Shown: positions 25,928 to 35,334 of the stretch, piece by piece | Numbering within the stretch: position 1 is the stretch's first letter | Layout: every line of letters begins with the position of its first letter | DNA from: Candidatus Woesearchaeota archaeon | GTDB lineage: Archaea > Nanobdellota > Nanobdellia > SCGC-AAA011-G17 > GW2011-AR20 | Direction: 5' to 3' | DNA length: 52,113 nucleotides | Assembly: GCA_018303005.1 (NCBI GenBank) | Contig: JAGVYY010000001.1 | Coordinates: 1-52,113, forward strand | Made by a program: the position numbers and the translations under genes | Notes under the pieces: model-generated | The model's database searches: none | The model's input: only the letters and a program-made list of their open reading frames with translations | What the model was told of the DNA's origin: nothing

Positions 25928-27021
25928 ATTTTGCAGGCTTTTCTGACCCGTGACTGTGCGATTTCAAGTGCTGCATCTCTTGGCTTAATCTTTTTCTTTA
26001 ATGAATTTATTAATACTAAATCAACATTTTTTGCTATTTTTTGCTCTACAATTTTGAACATTTTTTCAGGTGTTCCATTTATTGTTTCTACATAGGAAGA
26101 TATTACGCCGCCTGCATTGGCAATGAAGTCAGGGACTACGAGAATGTTCTTTCTGTACAAAGCTTCTTCTATGTCAGGTGTCATTGGTATGTTAGAGCCT
26201 TCAACTATTATTTTTGCATTTATATTATTAACATCGTCTGCTTTTATCAAATCCGGAATTGCAGCTGTTACTAAGATGTCTGCTTTTAATTTTATTATGT
26301 CTGAAGAAGAATGCTTTTCTGCATCATCATAATTTATTACAGAACCTGTATGATCTTTTATATTGCATAGTCTCTCGAAGTTTATCCCATCTTTATTGTA
26401 AATTGAGCCTTTTGAATCTGAAACTCCTACTAACTTTGCACCTTTCATTGTTAAATATTTGCAGACAAACCAGCCAACATTACCGAACCCTTCAACAACA
26501 AAAGATGAATTTTTTATGTCAATTTTTTTATACTTTGCTGCTATCAATACTGCATGATGTACACCAAAACCTGTTGATCCAAGCTCATGAGGCAATCCGC
26601 CCATTTCTTTGGGCTTTCCTGTACATGATTTTTTATTACCATTAGCTTTAGCAAACCAGCCCATTTCAATTTCAGATGTGTTCATATCAGGACCTGCTAT
26701 ATATAATGAAGGGCATATTGGCTTTATTGCTTTTGCAAATGTTTCTATTAACTCTTTCTTTTTTTCCTTTGATATTTGCCGATCATCTGCTATTATGCCT
26801 GCTTTTGCTCCACCAAACGGGATATCTGCCATTGCATTTTTCCATGTCATTGTCCTTGCTAATTTAGAAACTTCTTCAATAGAAACTGTTGGTGTCATTC
26901 TGATGCCACCTTTTGATACACCAAGATTTAAATTATCAATAACAACAAAACCATGCATGTTAGCTCTTGGGTTGTATACTTCGAATATTTTTTCAGGCCC
27001 AAATTCATCAAATTTTATCAT
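25924..27021 (-). CDS. gdh: Glu/Leu/Phe/Val dehydrogenase family (glutamate dehydrogenase-like)
   Basis: GGIRMTPTVSIEEVSKLARTMTWKNAMADIPFGGAKAGI and the Rossmann motif VEGFGNVG. I place the start at the ATG (complement of 27019-27021, MIKFDEF...) because AGAGGTG lies just upstream. The track ORF extends to 27084. Confidence 0.88.
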   Translation of the reverse strand: MIKFDEFGPEKIFEVYNPRANMHGFVVIDNLNLGVSKGGIRMTPTVSIEEVSKLARTMTWKNAMADIPFGGAKAGIIADDRQISKEKKKELIETFAKAIKPICPSLYIAGPDMNTSEIEMGWFAKANGNKKSCTGKPKEMGGLPHELGSTGFGVHHAVLIAAKYKKIDIKNSSFVVEGFGNVGWFVCKYLTMKGAKLVGVSDSKGSIYNKDGINFERLCNIKDHTGSVINYDDAEKHSSSDIIKLKADILVTAAIPDLIKADDVNNINAKIIVEGSNIPMTPDIEEALYRKNILVVPDFIANAGGVISSYVETINGTPEKMFKIVEQKIAKNVDLVLINSLKKKIKPRDAALEIAQSRVRKACKI

Positions 27022-27164
27022 AAAACACCTCTTTTCTATTTCAATTAGAGTTAAAATGTATTTATGTTTATTTAAATACAACAATGTTTGGTTTTAATTT
27101 TTTAATTGTTCTGTATTCTTATAAAAAAGTTATTATATAAATTTATTGTTTTTTGTATAGCCTA

Positions 27165-27749
27165 TTATAGGACATGCAAGTCGTGTATAGTTTTGTATGA
27201 GTGTAATTCTTCTTTTTTAAACCATAATTTAATTTCTTGTTCTGCCTCTTCTTTATTGCCTGATGCGTGAATTAAGTTTTGTACTGCACGTTTTTTTGCA
27301 TTTGCTAGATCAGGAGAATCAACTGAGAAATCTCCTCTTAATGTTCCAGGCTCTGCAAATGCCGGCACTGTTGATCCTATAATTTTCCTGACCATCTTTA
27401 TTGAATGGAGTCCTTCTATGACCATCTTTACAATAGGACCAGAGGTCATAAAATTTATTAGCCATTCTCTTACCATCAGGCCAATTTTATAAGGATCATT
27501 TGTACCATAATCTTCTTCTAATGTTGTAGGAATTTCAAATTCTTTGTAACTTTTTACTGTGTTATTGCCTAAGCCAGTAATCCACTCTTTTGATTTTGGG
27601 TAATGTGCATCCATTTGTTCTCTTGTAGGATGTATCATTTCCAATGCAACTATCTTTAAACCGCGAGATTCGAATCTTCTTATTACTTCTCCTATCAATG
27701 TTCTTTTTACAGTATCAGGCTTTAATAAGACCAATGTTCGTTCTATCAT
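27165..27749 (-). CDS. ndk: nucleoside diphosphate kinase with an internal insertion
   Basis: 194-aa ORF with ERTLVLLKPDTVKRTLIGEVIRRFESRGLKIVAL, TSGPIVKMVIEG, TLRGDF and the active-site NLIHAS. About 35-45 extra residues follow AHY relative to typical roughly 150-aa NDKs. Confidence 0.8.
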   Translation of the reverse strand: MIERTLVLLKPDTVKRTLIGEVIRRFESRGLKIVALEMIHPTREQMDAHYPKSKEWITGLGNNTVKSYKEFEIPTTLEEDYGTNDPYKIGLMVREWLINFMTSGPIVKMVIEGLHSIKMVRKIIGSTVPAFAEPGTLRGDFSVDSPDLANAKKRAVQNLIHASGNKEEAEQEIKLWFKKEELHSYKTIHDLHVL

Positions 27750-27795
27750 TTCGTTTTATGAATTAAGAGACCTGTTTATTAAACTTTTCGTTCAA

Positions 27796-28316
27796 CTATA
27801 ATTTTTCTATTTTATAATCTTCAACTTCAAGTTCTTTATTAAATAAAAAATAACATCTTAGTGCATCTCCTTTTAAAATTGAAGGTAACCAATAATTATA
27901 ATCTGACCACATTTTATCTACACCAGAAGGTATATCATTAAAATTAAACCATCTTGGTAATATTTCCTCACTTTCCTTTGGTTTATTCATCCATTTAGTT
28001 AGCAGGAACACATGAACTTGTTGATTCCAATACTCTGGTTTTTCTGCATAAGGAAATAAATAATCTATTTTTGCCACCTTAGTTATATTTTGAAGTGTGG
28101 TAATTACACTTATTTCTTCTTGAACTTCTCTTATTAATCCTTGTTCAATAGTTTCACCTTTTTCTGTCTCTACCTTGCCCCCTATACCTATCCAGTTTCC
28201 TTCTCCGAATCCTCTTTTTTTCTTCCTAACAACACCTGATTATCATTAACTAGAAAACATAATGTTCTTGGCTTTAATGGTGTTTTTAAACTTGAAAGAT
28301 ATTCCCTAATTCTCAT
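27796..28316 (-). pseudogene. MutT/MTH1-like NUDIX hydrolase, frameshifted in an A7 run
   Basis: From the ATG (complement of 28314-28316) the frame reads MRIREYLSSLKTPLKPRTLCFLVNDNQVLLGRKK, then hits a stop. Adding one A to the A7 run (complement of 28215-28221) gives [37 protein letters not shown] (a NUDIX box), continuous with track ORF 27796..28077. Total length is 521 nt, which is not a multiple of 3. Confidence 0.75.
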
Positions 28317-28387
28317 ATCAATTAATATTGTATCTTATTTTTAAAAATTATTATGAAATAATATTTAGGTTTAGCCTAAACTGTTCA

Positions 28388-29461
28388 CTATTTCACATTC
28401 AAGAATTTTCCATCTTTATAAATTAATTTCCCATCTAAGAATATTTTCCCATTATTTTTTAAGTCTTTTATCATGTCCCAATGAACAGAGCTTTCATTAA
28501 CACCATTGCATTCTTTATATGCAGAGCCAATTGCCAGATGTATTGTTCCGTCTAATTTTTCATCAAAAAGTATGTTCTTAATTGGTTTTTTTATCATTGG
28601 GTTCAAGCCTATTCCGAGTTCGCCTAATCTTTTACTTCCTTCATCTGTTTCTATCATTGTCTTAAGAAAGTTTTCATTTTTTTTAGCAGAGAAATTCATA
28701 ATATTTCCTTTTTTAAAATCTAAATATACACCATCTACTTCTCTTCCACCATAGATAGCTGGATATGAAAATTTGATATGGCCCTCTGTTGTTGTTTCTA
28801 CTGGAGCTGTAAAAATTTCACCGTCTGGCATGTTATGTGTCCCATTACCTGCAATATATTTTCTTCCTTTTGTTCTGAATTTAATGTCTGTTTCTTCTCC
28901 AGTAATATGCACTTCATCTCCTGACTGCATTATTTCCTTTATTGATTCTAATCTTTTACTGAATGTTTTCCAATCTATATTTGTTGCAGAGAAAACAAAA
29001 TCCTCAAATTCTTCTGTTGACATGTCTGCTTCCTGCGCAAGGCTTGGAGAAGGATAATCGTAAAGAACCCATCTTTTCTTCAACCTTTCATTTTGTATAG
29101 GTTTTAATATTTTCTGCCTCTCTGATATCTTTTTAGGATCTATATTGGTTAATTCCCTGCTGTTAGAACCTCCGCGGATAGCAATGTAAGCATCTGTCTT
29201 TTTTATTTCTTCCATGACCAGTTCTGGGAATTTCCCTATCTGCTCTTTTGATGCATACTTGTAATAAATAAAACTTTGTCCGGGCAATCCGACCTTTAAG
29301 ACAGGAAACGCTCCTCTCTCCATACATAACCTGTAAACCTCCAGCATCAACTCCTTTGATTCAGGGTCACCAAGAACCTGGACATAGTCTTCTTTTTTGA
29401 TTTTTGTAGAATAATCTACAAGGATTTCTGCTGCTTTTGTTATTCTTGGATCCTTTACCAC
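28388..29461 (-). CDS. aminopeptidase, M29 (AmpS/PepS) family
   Basis: 357-aa ORF. The N-terminus KAAEILVDYSTKIKKEDYV and the C-terminal HLAIGSAY / HWDMI pattern are typical of thermophilic metalloaminopeptidase family M29. GTG start. Confidence 0.75.
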   Translation of the reverse strand: MVKDPRITKAAEILVDYSTKIKKEDYVQVLGDPESKELMLEVYRLCMERGAFPVLKVGLPGQSFIYYKYASKEQIGKFPELVMEEIKKTDAYIAIRGGSNSRELTNIDPKKISERQKILKPIQNERLKKRWVLYDYPSPSLAQEADMSTEEFEDFVFSATNIDWKTFSKRLESIKEIMQSGDEVHITGEETDIKFRTKGRKYIAGNGTHNMPDGEIFTAPVETTTEGHIKFSYPAIYGGREVDGVYLDFKKGNIMNFSAKKNENFLKTMIETDEGSKRLGELGIGLNPMIKKPIKNILFDEKLDGTIHLAIGSAYKECNGVNESSVHWDMIKDLKNNGKIFLDGKLIYKDGKFLNVK

Positions 29462-29561
29462 AGATTTCTTTATTTTTATTAGTTTTTAAATTTTATTATT
29501 GAAAATAGAATAATAACCTTTCTTCAATGCCTGAATTTCTTTTCATGATGCATAGCAAAGG

Positions 29562-29569
29562 TTATATAA
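29562..29569 (+). promoter_or_regulatory. TATA box
   Basis: TTATATAA ends 22 nt before the ATG at 29591. Confidence 0.5.
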
Positions 29570-29590
29570 TCTATTGTATATAACCTTACT

Positions 29591-29908
29591 ATGAATAACC
29601 TAATGCATTATTGCTGCCAAGTCATCTCAGCTCTTGAAGAAATTGCCGAAGAGAAAGGTTTTGTATATACACGGTACACTATATCCCCTGGACGAAACAG
29701 TTTAGCCTTGGATTATTGGTATTTTACCAGTAATAAAAGCCTTGCAGAATTCGGGGTTCTGAGGGTTGGCAATCGCGAAATCTTTGGCAGGGATAAGGAT
29801 CTTATGGAAAAGATATGCATGATCACTTGGCGGAATAAAGAAATTTGTGATATGATAGATGAACCTGATGATAGTGAAAAAGATTTTGAAAGTGTATCTG
29901 ACTTCTAA
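29591..29908 (+). CDS. hypothetical protein
   Basis: 105-aa ORF with a TATA box at leaderless spacing. Confidence 0.35.
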   Translation: MNNLMHYCCQVISALEEIAEEKGFVYTRYTISPGRNSLALDYWYFTSNKSLAEFGVLRVGNREIFGRDKDLMEKICMITWRNKEICDMIDEPDDSEKDFESVSDF

Positions 29909-29921
29909 AACAACAAAACCT

Positions 29922-29929
29922 TTTTATAA
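29922..29929 (+). promoter_or_regulatory. TATA box
   Basis: TTTTATAA ends 22 nt before the ATG at 29951. Confidence 0.5.
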
Positions 29930-29950
29930 TACTTAAAGTTTATTCCGTCT

Positions 29951-31363
29951 ATGCATAAAGATTTTGCAGATTTTTCAATTAAATATCTAGGTAAGATAGG
30001 AGCTTCTTATGCAGAAGCAAGGCTTGAGGAAGAAAGCAGCAATGCTTTCATGCTAAAAAATAACATATCTGAGATCTCTGGTTTTGGCGAATCATCAGGC
30101 TTAGGGATAAGATATATTTTAAACAAGAACCTTGGATTTATCTCCATCAATAACTTTGACAAGGATAAAATAAAAAGCATTATAGACAAGTCTGTAAGCT
30201 TAACCAGAAATTCATCGAAGATTGGTGAAAAAACAGAACTTTCCAAAGATAGTTTGTATAAGAAAAAATACGAAGCAGGGCAAAAGATTAAAATAGCTGA
30301 TTTAAAACCTGAAGAAAAGATAAATCTGCTGAAAGATTTAGACAAAGATGTAATGTCAACCAATGTCAAGATACCTTCAAGGTATTTCTCATTAAGTGAT
30401 GTTATAAATAATAAATATTTTATCAATAGTGAGGGAAAAGAGATTACATCAATTATACCCAGAATAAACCTTTTCTATTTCCTAACAATTGGGTCTGGAA
30501 AGAAGGTTGTACAGAGATACTGGCAGTATGGCGCTGTTTCAGGTTATGAGGCTTTTAAAAAGTGGAATATCAATGAAGTTCTGAAGAATGAAGTGAAGAA
30601 TTTAGACCTGGCTGCCAAAAAAGGAAAAAAAATTTCTGGAGGAAGAATGGATGTTGTAGCTGGTCCTGAAATTTCTGGAATTGCTGTGCATGAGGCTTGC
30701 GGGCATCCTTATGAGGCTGATCGGATACTTGGAAGAGAAGGCGCTCAGGCTGGAGAGTCTTTTGTTAATTGTGATTCTATTGGTAACAAGATTGGGAGCG
30801 AGGCTGTCAGTGTAATTGACGATCCGACTATCAAAGATGGTTTTGGCTATTACCTCTATGATGATGAAGGTGTTAAAGCCAGAGAGAAATATCTGATGAA
30901 GAATGGTGTTATTAATGAATTTTTACATGACAGGCAGACTGCTGCTAAAATGAATTTAAAGAGTAATGGATCTTGCAGGACTCCCTCTTACAATCTAGAA
31001 CCCATAATAAGGATGAGCAATACATACATAAAATCTGGAAATTATAAAGAAGAAGAACTTATTGAGGGTGTAAAAGAAGGGATTTATATCAAGAGTTTTA
31101 CTGAATGGAATATTGATGATAAGAGATGGAATCAGAAATATGTGGGGAGTGAGGCTTATTTAATAAAAAATGGAAAAATTGCATATCCATTAATAAGGCC
31201 TATTATTGAAATTACAACTCCTGCTTTATATGGATCAATAGATGCTATTGGCAAGAACTTTGAGTTACATAGTGCTTCATGTGGAAAAAGTGAGCCGATG
31301 GCTGCGGTTCCAGTTGGGATGGGTGGTCCAACTATAAGAATAAGGAGTATAATTGTAAAGTGA
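29951..31363 (+). CDS. tldD: TldD-family metalloprotease
   Basis: 470-aa ORF with HEACGHPYEADR (HExxxH) and a C-terminal GxC...GMGGP pattern. Confidence 0.85.
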   Translation: MHKDFADFSIKYLGKIGASYAEARLEEESSNAFMLKNNISEISGFGESSGLGIRYILNKNLGFISINNFDKDKIKSIIDKSVSLTRNSSKIGEKTELSKDSLYKKKYEAGQKIKIADLKPEEKINLLKDLDKDVMSTNVKIPSRYFSLSDVINNKYFINSEGKEITSIIPRINLFYFLTIGSGKKVVQRYWQYGAVSGYEAFKKWNINEVLKNEVKNLDLAAKKGKKISGGRMDVVAGPEISGIAVHEACGHPYEADRILGREGAQAGESFVNCDSIGNKIGSEAVSVIDDPTIKDGFGYYLYDDEGVKAREKYLMKNGVINEFLHDRQTAAKMNLKSNGSCRTPSYNLEPIIRMSNTYIKSGNYKEEELIEGVKEGIYIKSFTEWNIDDKRWNQKYVGSEAYLIKNGKIAYPLIRPIIEITTPALYGSIDAIGKNFELHSASCGKSEPMAAVPVGMGGPTIRIRSIIVK

Positions 31364-31364
31364 A

Positions 31365-32687
31365 ATGGAAAAAGAAATAGCCAAATATCTATTGAAAAAA
31401 CTAATTGAAAAGGGATCTGATGATGTGGTAATCAGTTATGTAAGCTCTGAAGCCAAACAAATAAAATTTGTAAATAATGAAATTGTTAAAACTGGAACCG
31501 AATATTTAAGATCATTGAATGTATTTGCAAGCCTGAAAAAAAGACTGATTTCAACTACTTTGAAAGATATTACAAAGAAATCTGCTGATAACCTTGTTGA
31601 TAACATTCTAAATTTTTCAAAGAATATAAGAGCGAAGGATGATTATTATGGTATTGCGAAAGGTCCTTTTAAATATAAAAAAATAGAAGATTTATACGAG
31701 AAGAACTATGACGATATTGACATGGTTGATTTAACTGTTAAAGGAATTAATGCTTCTTTAGAAAATGCTAAAAGAGCATCCGGGATATTAGAAGGGAGCA
31801 ATGCAAAGATTTATTTAACAACATCCAATAATGTTGAACTTGAATATGAAGGAACACATCTTTATTTTTCAATTAGAGCTTTTTATGACAAGGAAAGCTC
31901 AGGGCATAAGACAGTATCTGGCAGAACATTAAAAAAATTTAATGTTGAAAAAGCCGGGCTAGAGGCTGGGAAAGTTGCTAAAGATGCTAAAAACCCAATA
32001 GAAGGAAAGCCCGGAAGGTATGATGTTATACTAGATCCTTTGGCTTCTGCGCCATTGTTTGATGCTATTGGAAATTCCTCTTCTATATTCAATGTTGAAA
32101 CAGGCACTAGTTTTTTCGGAAATAGATTAAACAAGAAAGTCGCAGACAGCGGCTTTACTATGTATGATGATCCGACCTATCCTGATGGATTAAATTCAAT
32201 TCCATTTGATAGTGAAGGCTATCCTACAATAAAAAATACAGTGATAAAAAATGGAGTTTTTAAGACTTACCTGCATAATACATCAACAGCAAAAAAATAT
32301 AATACCAAGAATACCGGAAATGCAGGCCTGATTGCTCCTGAACCTACTAATATTCTTATTGATAAAGGTAGAAAAACAAGAGAGGAATTGATAAAAAATG
32401 TTAAAAATGGATTATACATAACTAATGTGTGGTATACAAGATTTACAAATTATGCCACTGGAGATTTTTCTACAATTCCAAGAGATGGGATATTTTTAAT
32501 AAAAAAAGGAAACATTGAAGGATCTATAAAAAACATCAGAATCAGCGAAAACATGCTAAACATCCTGAATAATCTAAAGGAAAAAGCAAATGATATCCAG
32601 CAAATAAGGAGCTGGGAAGCTGAGATTCCTGTCATTATCCCAAGTATTCTGGTAAAGAACATGCGCATTACAGGGCCTGTTCTATAA
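31365..32687 (+). CDS. pmbA: PmbA/TldE-family protein (TldD partner)
   Basis: 440-aa ORF 1 nt after tldD, a paralogous fold without HExxxH. Confidence 0.8.
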   Translation: MEKEIAKYLLKKLIEKGSDDVVISYVSSEAKQIKFVNNEIVKTGTEYLRSLNVFASLKKRLISTTLKDITKKSADNLVDNILNFSKNIRAKDDYYGIAKGPFKYKKIEDLYEKNYDDIDMVDLTVKGINASLENAKRASGILEGSNAKIYLTTSNNVELEYEGTHLYFSIRAFYDKESSGHKTVSGRTLKKFNVEKAGLEAGKVAKDAKNPIEGKPGRYDVILDPLASAPLFDAIGNSSSIFNVETGTSFFGNRLNKKVADSGFTMYDDPTYPDGLNSIPFDSEGYPTIKNTVIKNGVFKTYLHNTSTAKKYNTKNTGNAGLIAPEPTNILIDKGRKTREELIKNVKNGLYITNVWYTRFTNYATGDFSTIPRDGIFLIKKGNIEGSIKNIRISENMLNILNNLKEKANDIQQIRSWEAEIPVIIPSILVKNMRITGPVL

Positions 32688-32753
32688 TGTTTTACAGAAG
32701 CATTTTTAACGTGAAGATAATAATGTGCTATTCTAGATATTTCAAAGAGAAAC

Positions 32754-32761
32754 TTATATAA
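32754..32761 (+). promoter_or_regulatory. TATA box
   Basis: TTATATAA ends 24 nt before the ATG at 32785. Confidence 0.5.
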
Positions 32762-32784
32762 ATTAAGCTTGGCAAATATATTAT

Positions 32785-34443
32785 ATGGGTATAATTACAA
32801 CCATAAAAGAATTAGAGAGATTAAGAGAAATTATTGATGTTCTTTTTGAACAGGAATTTGGCTATTTTATAGATAAACTGCAATTAAGAACGCATCTATT
32901 ATTCCATAAAAGGATTGACAGGAAAAGATTTACGAAAGAATATGATGCAAGCAGCATGCCTGTAAGATTAAGGATTTCAATGGAAAAACTCGGAGGGGGT
33001 TTTGTCAAGCTTGGGCAATTACTGAGCTTAAGGCCTGACCTAATATCAAAAGAATATGTTGACGAGTTCTCCAAGCTGCAGGATAATGTTGAGGAAATTC
33101 CTTATGAAGATGTTGTTAATGTCATTGAAAGTGAATATGGGAAAAAATTAAGCGATGTTTTTCTAAAGTTTGAGAGGATAGCTGTGGCTTCTGCTTCTGT
33201 AAGCCAGGTTCATAAGGCTTGGCTGAAAAATGGGAAAAAAGTAGCGGTTAAAGTGCAGAGACCAAACATGGAGAGAATATTTGAGCAGGATATTGCGCTG
33301 CTAAATCATTTAACGAATATTATCGAGAAGCATTATCCTGAAATCGGCCTTAATTTCCACAGGATAGTAGAGGAATTTGAAAGCTACAGCAAAAGAGAGC
33401 TAGATTTCAATACTGAAGCAAGAAATATTGACATATTTTATAACAACTTCAAAGATGACAGGAAGGTTGTTATACCAAGGGTTTACAAAGAATTTACTGC
33501 AAAGAGGGTACTTGTCATGGATTTTATAGATGGTGACAAGCTATCTGATATCAGAGACGACATAAACTTCAGGAGATATAAGAAAAATCTTGTAAGTATG
33601 GTTGTAGATTCCTTTTTGCAGCAAGTCCTGGTTTATAGTACTTTTCATGCTGACCTGCATCCTGGAAATATAATGTCTGTAAAAAATCATCAGGTTGCCC
33701 TGTTAGATTTCGGCATTATCGGGCATATCAGCCATGACTCTAAAGAAAAGATAGAGAATCTTTTTCTGGGCCTGACAACTGGAAACAGAGTTATCCTGGC
33801 CAATTCCCTTATCGAACTTGGATTTGTTGATACTGATATAAACATAAATGAATTTAAGAATGACCTAAGTGAAAGGCTAAATGTTTATTATGATTCTGAA
33901 CTGAAAACCATCAATATCAGCAATGTCCTATATGACCTGCTTGAACTGACAAAGAAGTATAATATCAGACTCCCATCTTCTTTTATATTGCTTATCAAGG
34001 CTGTTATAACAACTGAAGGGTTTGCAAAAGAGTTCTATCCTGAATATAACTATCTTAACTCCTGGAAAAAACATGCAAAAAGAATAATAAGAAAAAGAAA
34101 AAGACCTGATTACATATTAAAATCATTCAGGGACAATGCAATTGATTTCAGAAATTTTTTTGTCAATCTTCCCGACAATATCAAAAATGTGATTAATTCA
34201 AGATCCAACCATAAGATAAAACTAGATCAGGGGGACATAAAGAATATTGAGAACAGCCTTAACAGAACAATTACAAGGATAGCATATGGAATAATAATCG
34301 CTGCTCTGATAATCGGCTCTACAATCCTGTCTGTTAAAGAAACAAAATACATGATTTATGGTTTTCCATTGATTTCAGCAATCTTTTTAATCTCTGCAAT
34401 TATATTATTTTTAATACTTATAATTTCAAGAAAGGAGGTGTAA
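32785..34443 (+). CDS. ABC1/UbiB-family atypical kinase with C-terminal TM helices
   Basis: 552-aa ORF with FVKLGQLLSLRPDL, ASASVSQVHKAWLKNGKKVAVKVQRP and FHADLHPGNI, plus two C-terminal hydrophobic helices. Confidence 0.85.
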   Translation: MGIITTIKELERLREIIDVLFEQEFGYFIDKLQLRTHLLFHKRIDRKRFTKEYDASSMPVRLRISMEKLGGGFVKLGQLLSLRPDLISKEYVDEFSKLQDNVEEIPYEDVVNVIESEYGKKLSDVFLKFERIAVASASVSQVHKAWLKNGKKVAVKVQRPNMERIFEQDIALLNHLTNIIEKHYPEIGLNFHRIVEEFESYSKRELDFNTEARNIDIFYNNFKDDRKVVIPRVYKEFTAKRVLVMDFIDGDKLSDIRDDINFRRYKKNLVSMVVDSFLQQVLVYSTFHADLHPGNIMSVKNHQVALLDFGIIGHISHDSKEKIENLFLGLTTGNRVILANSLIELGFVDTDININEFKNDLSERLNVYYDSELKTINISNVLYDLLELTKKYNIRLPSSFILLIKAVITTEGFAKEFYPEYNYLNSWKKHAKRIIRKRKRPDYILKSFRDNAIDFRNFFVNLPDNIKNVINSRSNHKIKLDQGDIKNIENSLNRTITRIAYGIIIAALIIGSTILSVKETKYMIYGFPLISAIFLISAIILFLILIISRKEV

Positions 34444-34444
34444 A

Positions 34445-34759
34445 ATGACCAGATACCTGAAGAGAGGGATTTCTCTTGGATTAGCTCTGGGAAATCTCAC
34501 AAAGAAAAAGGCCAAAAGCATAATCAAGAGGGCAATTGCCAAGAGTGATGTAAACAAAAAAAAGGCGTCAGAGCTAGCAAAAGTATTGTTTAAGGAAACA
34601 TTAGCTGAGCAGAAAAGAATCAGAAAGGCTTTGCAGAATGAGGCAAAATCTGAACTGAAAAAAGCCCTAAGAGCTTCTAGGAAAGAAGTTGAAAGGCTGA
34701 ACAAAAAGATAAAGACATTCAGCAAAAGAAACAAGGCAAAGAGGAAGCATAGAAAATAG
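34445..34759 (+). CDS. Lys-rich coiled-coil hypothetical protein (phasin-like?)
   Basis: 104-aa ORF. GGAGGTG lies about 5 nt upstream of the ATG and overlaps the end of the upstream gene. This supports the plus-strand ORF over the antisense one. Confidence 0.4.
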   Translation: MTRYLKRGISLGLALGNLTKKKAKSIIKRAIAKSDVNKKKASELAKVLFKETLAEQKRIRKALQNEAKSELKKALRASRKEVERLNKKIKTFSKRNKAKRKHRK

Positions 34760-34761
34760 TG

Positions 34762-35334
34762 CTATCTTAAAACAATAAAAATTATTAATCCCAGCAAAAA
34801 GCCAGACACAGCATCTACAAAATAATGCTGCTTTATATAGAAGGTTGATATGGCTGTTAAGAAGTAAAATGGTAGCAGCAGCAATGCATATGTCTTATAC
34901 CAGAAAAAATACAGGGAGAGAAACGCAATTGTTATCATTGAGATATGCATGCTCGGGAATGTGTTAAATGGCTCATCAATCTTATAGTATAACAATGTTA
35001 GCTTGTTAAAGAACCCTTTGTCACTTATTTTTGGTCTTTCTATGTATACTGGAAAGGCCAGGAAGAACAAGTTATGGACTATTGTAGCAACGATGTACAT
35101 TTCTGTTATTTTTATTATCAAGATTACATTATTAAAAAATATATAATACAGGATTAGAACCTCTATAAAATATAATGAGTAAAACACAGAGAATTTCGTG
35201 TTGAGCTTTATCTTGCTGTCTATTTTATGATTTATTCTATAGAACCTCCTTCTTTTTATTTTATTTGTTACTAAGTACATACTCCAAAATAACAAAAACA
35301 AGGCAAAGTAAATTATTTGTACGGCATATTTCAT
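34762..35334 (-). CDS. PAP2-superfamily membrane phosphatase/transferase-like protein
   Basis: 190-aa ORF, polytopic, with PSMHISM and KQHYFVDAVSG (PAP2 C2/C3-like motifs). Confidence 0.6.
   Translation of the reverse strand: MKYAVQIIYFALFLLFWSMYLVTNKIKRRRFYRINHKIDSKIKLNTKFSVFYSLYFIEVLILYYIFFNNVILIIKITEMYIVATIVHNLFFLAFPVYIERPKISDKGFFNKLTLLYYKIDEPFNTFPSMHISMITIAFLSLYFFWYKTYALLLLPFYFLTAISTFYIKQHYFVDAVSGFLLGLIIFIVLR

Noticed and set aside
26041-27097. Several plus-strand ORFs (26041..26274, 26117..26332, 26259..26645, 26609..27097, 26676..26867)
   Set aside because: All are antisense shadows of the well-supported dehydrogenase gene, with low-complexity translations. The same applies to other nested or antisense track ORFs: 551..745, 764..1015, 2601..2810, 4960..5202, 7254..7552, 9254..9484, 13685..14056, 21628..22197, 22505..22840, 28506..29057, 30007..30426, 36191..37606, 45018..45905, 46298..46645 and 49787..50053.
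34426-34734. Minus-strand 102-aa hydrophobic ORF
   Set aside because: It is the mirror of the Lys-rich plus-strand ORF. The plus-strand ORF has a GGAGGTG motif at the correct distance and abuts the upstream kinase gene, so I kept that one (still at low confidence).
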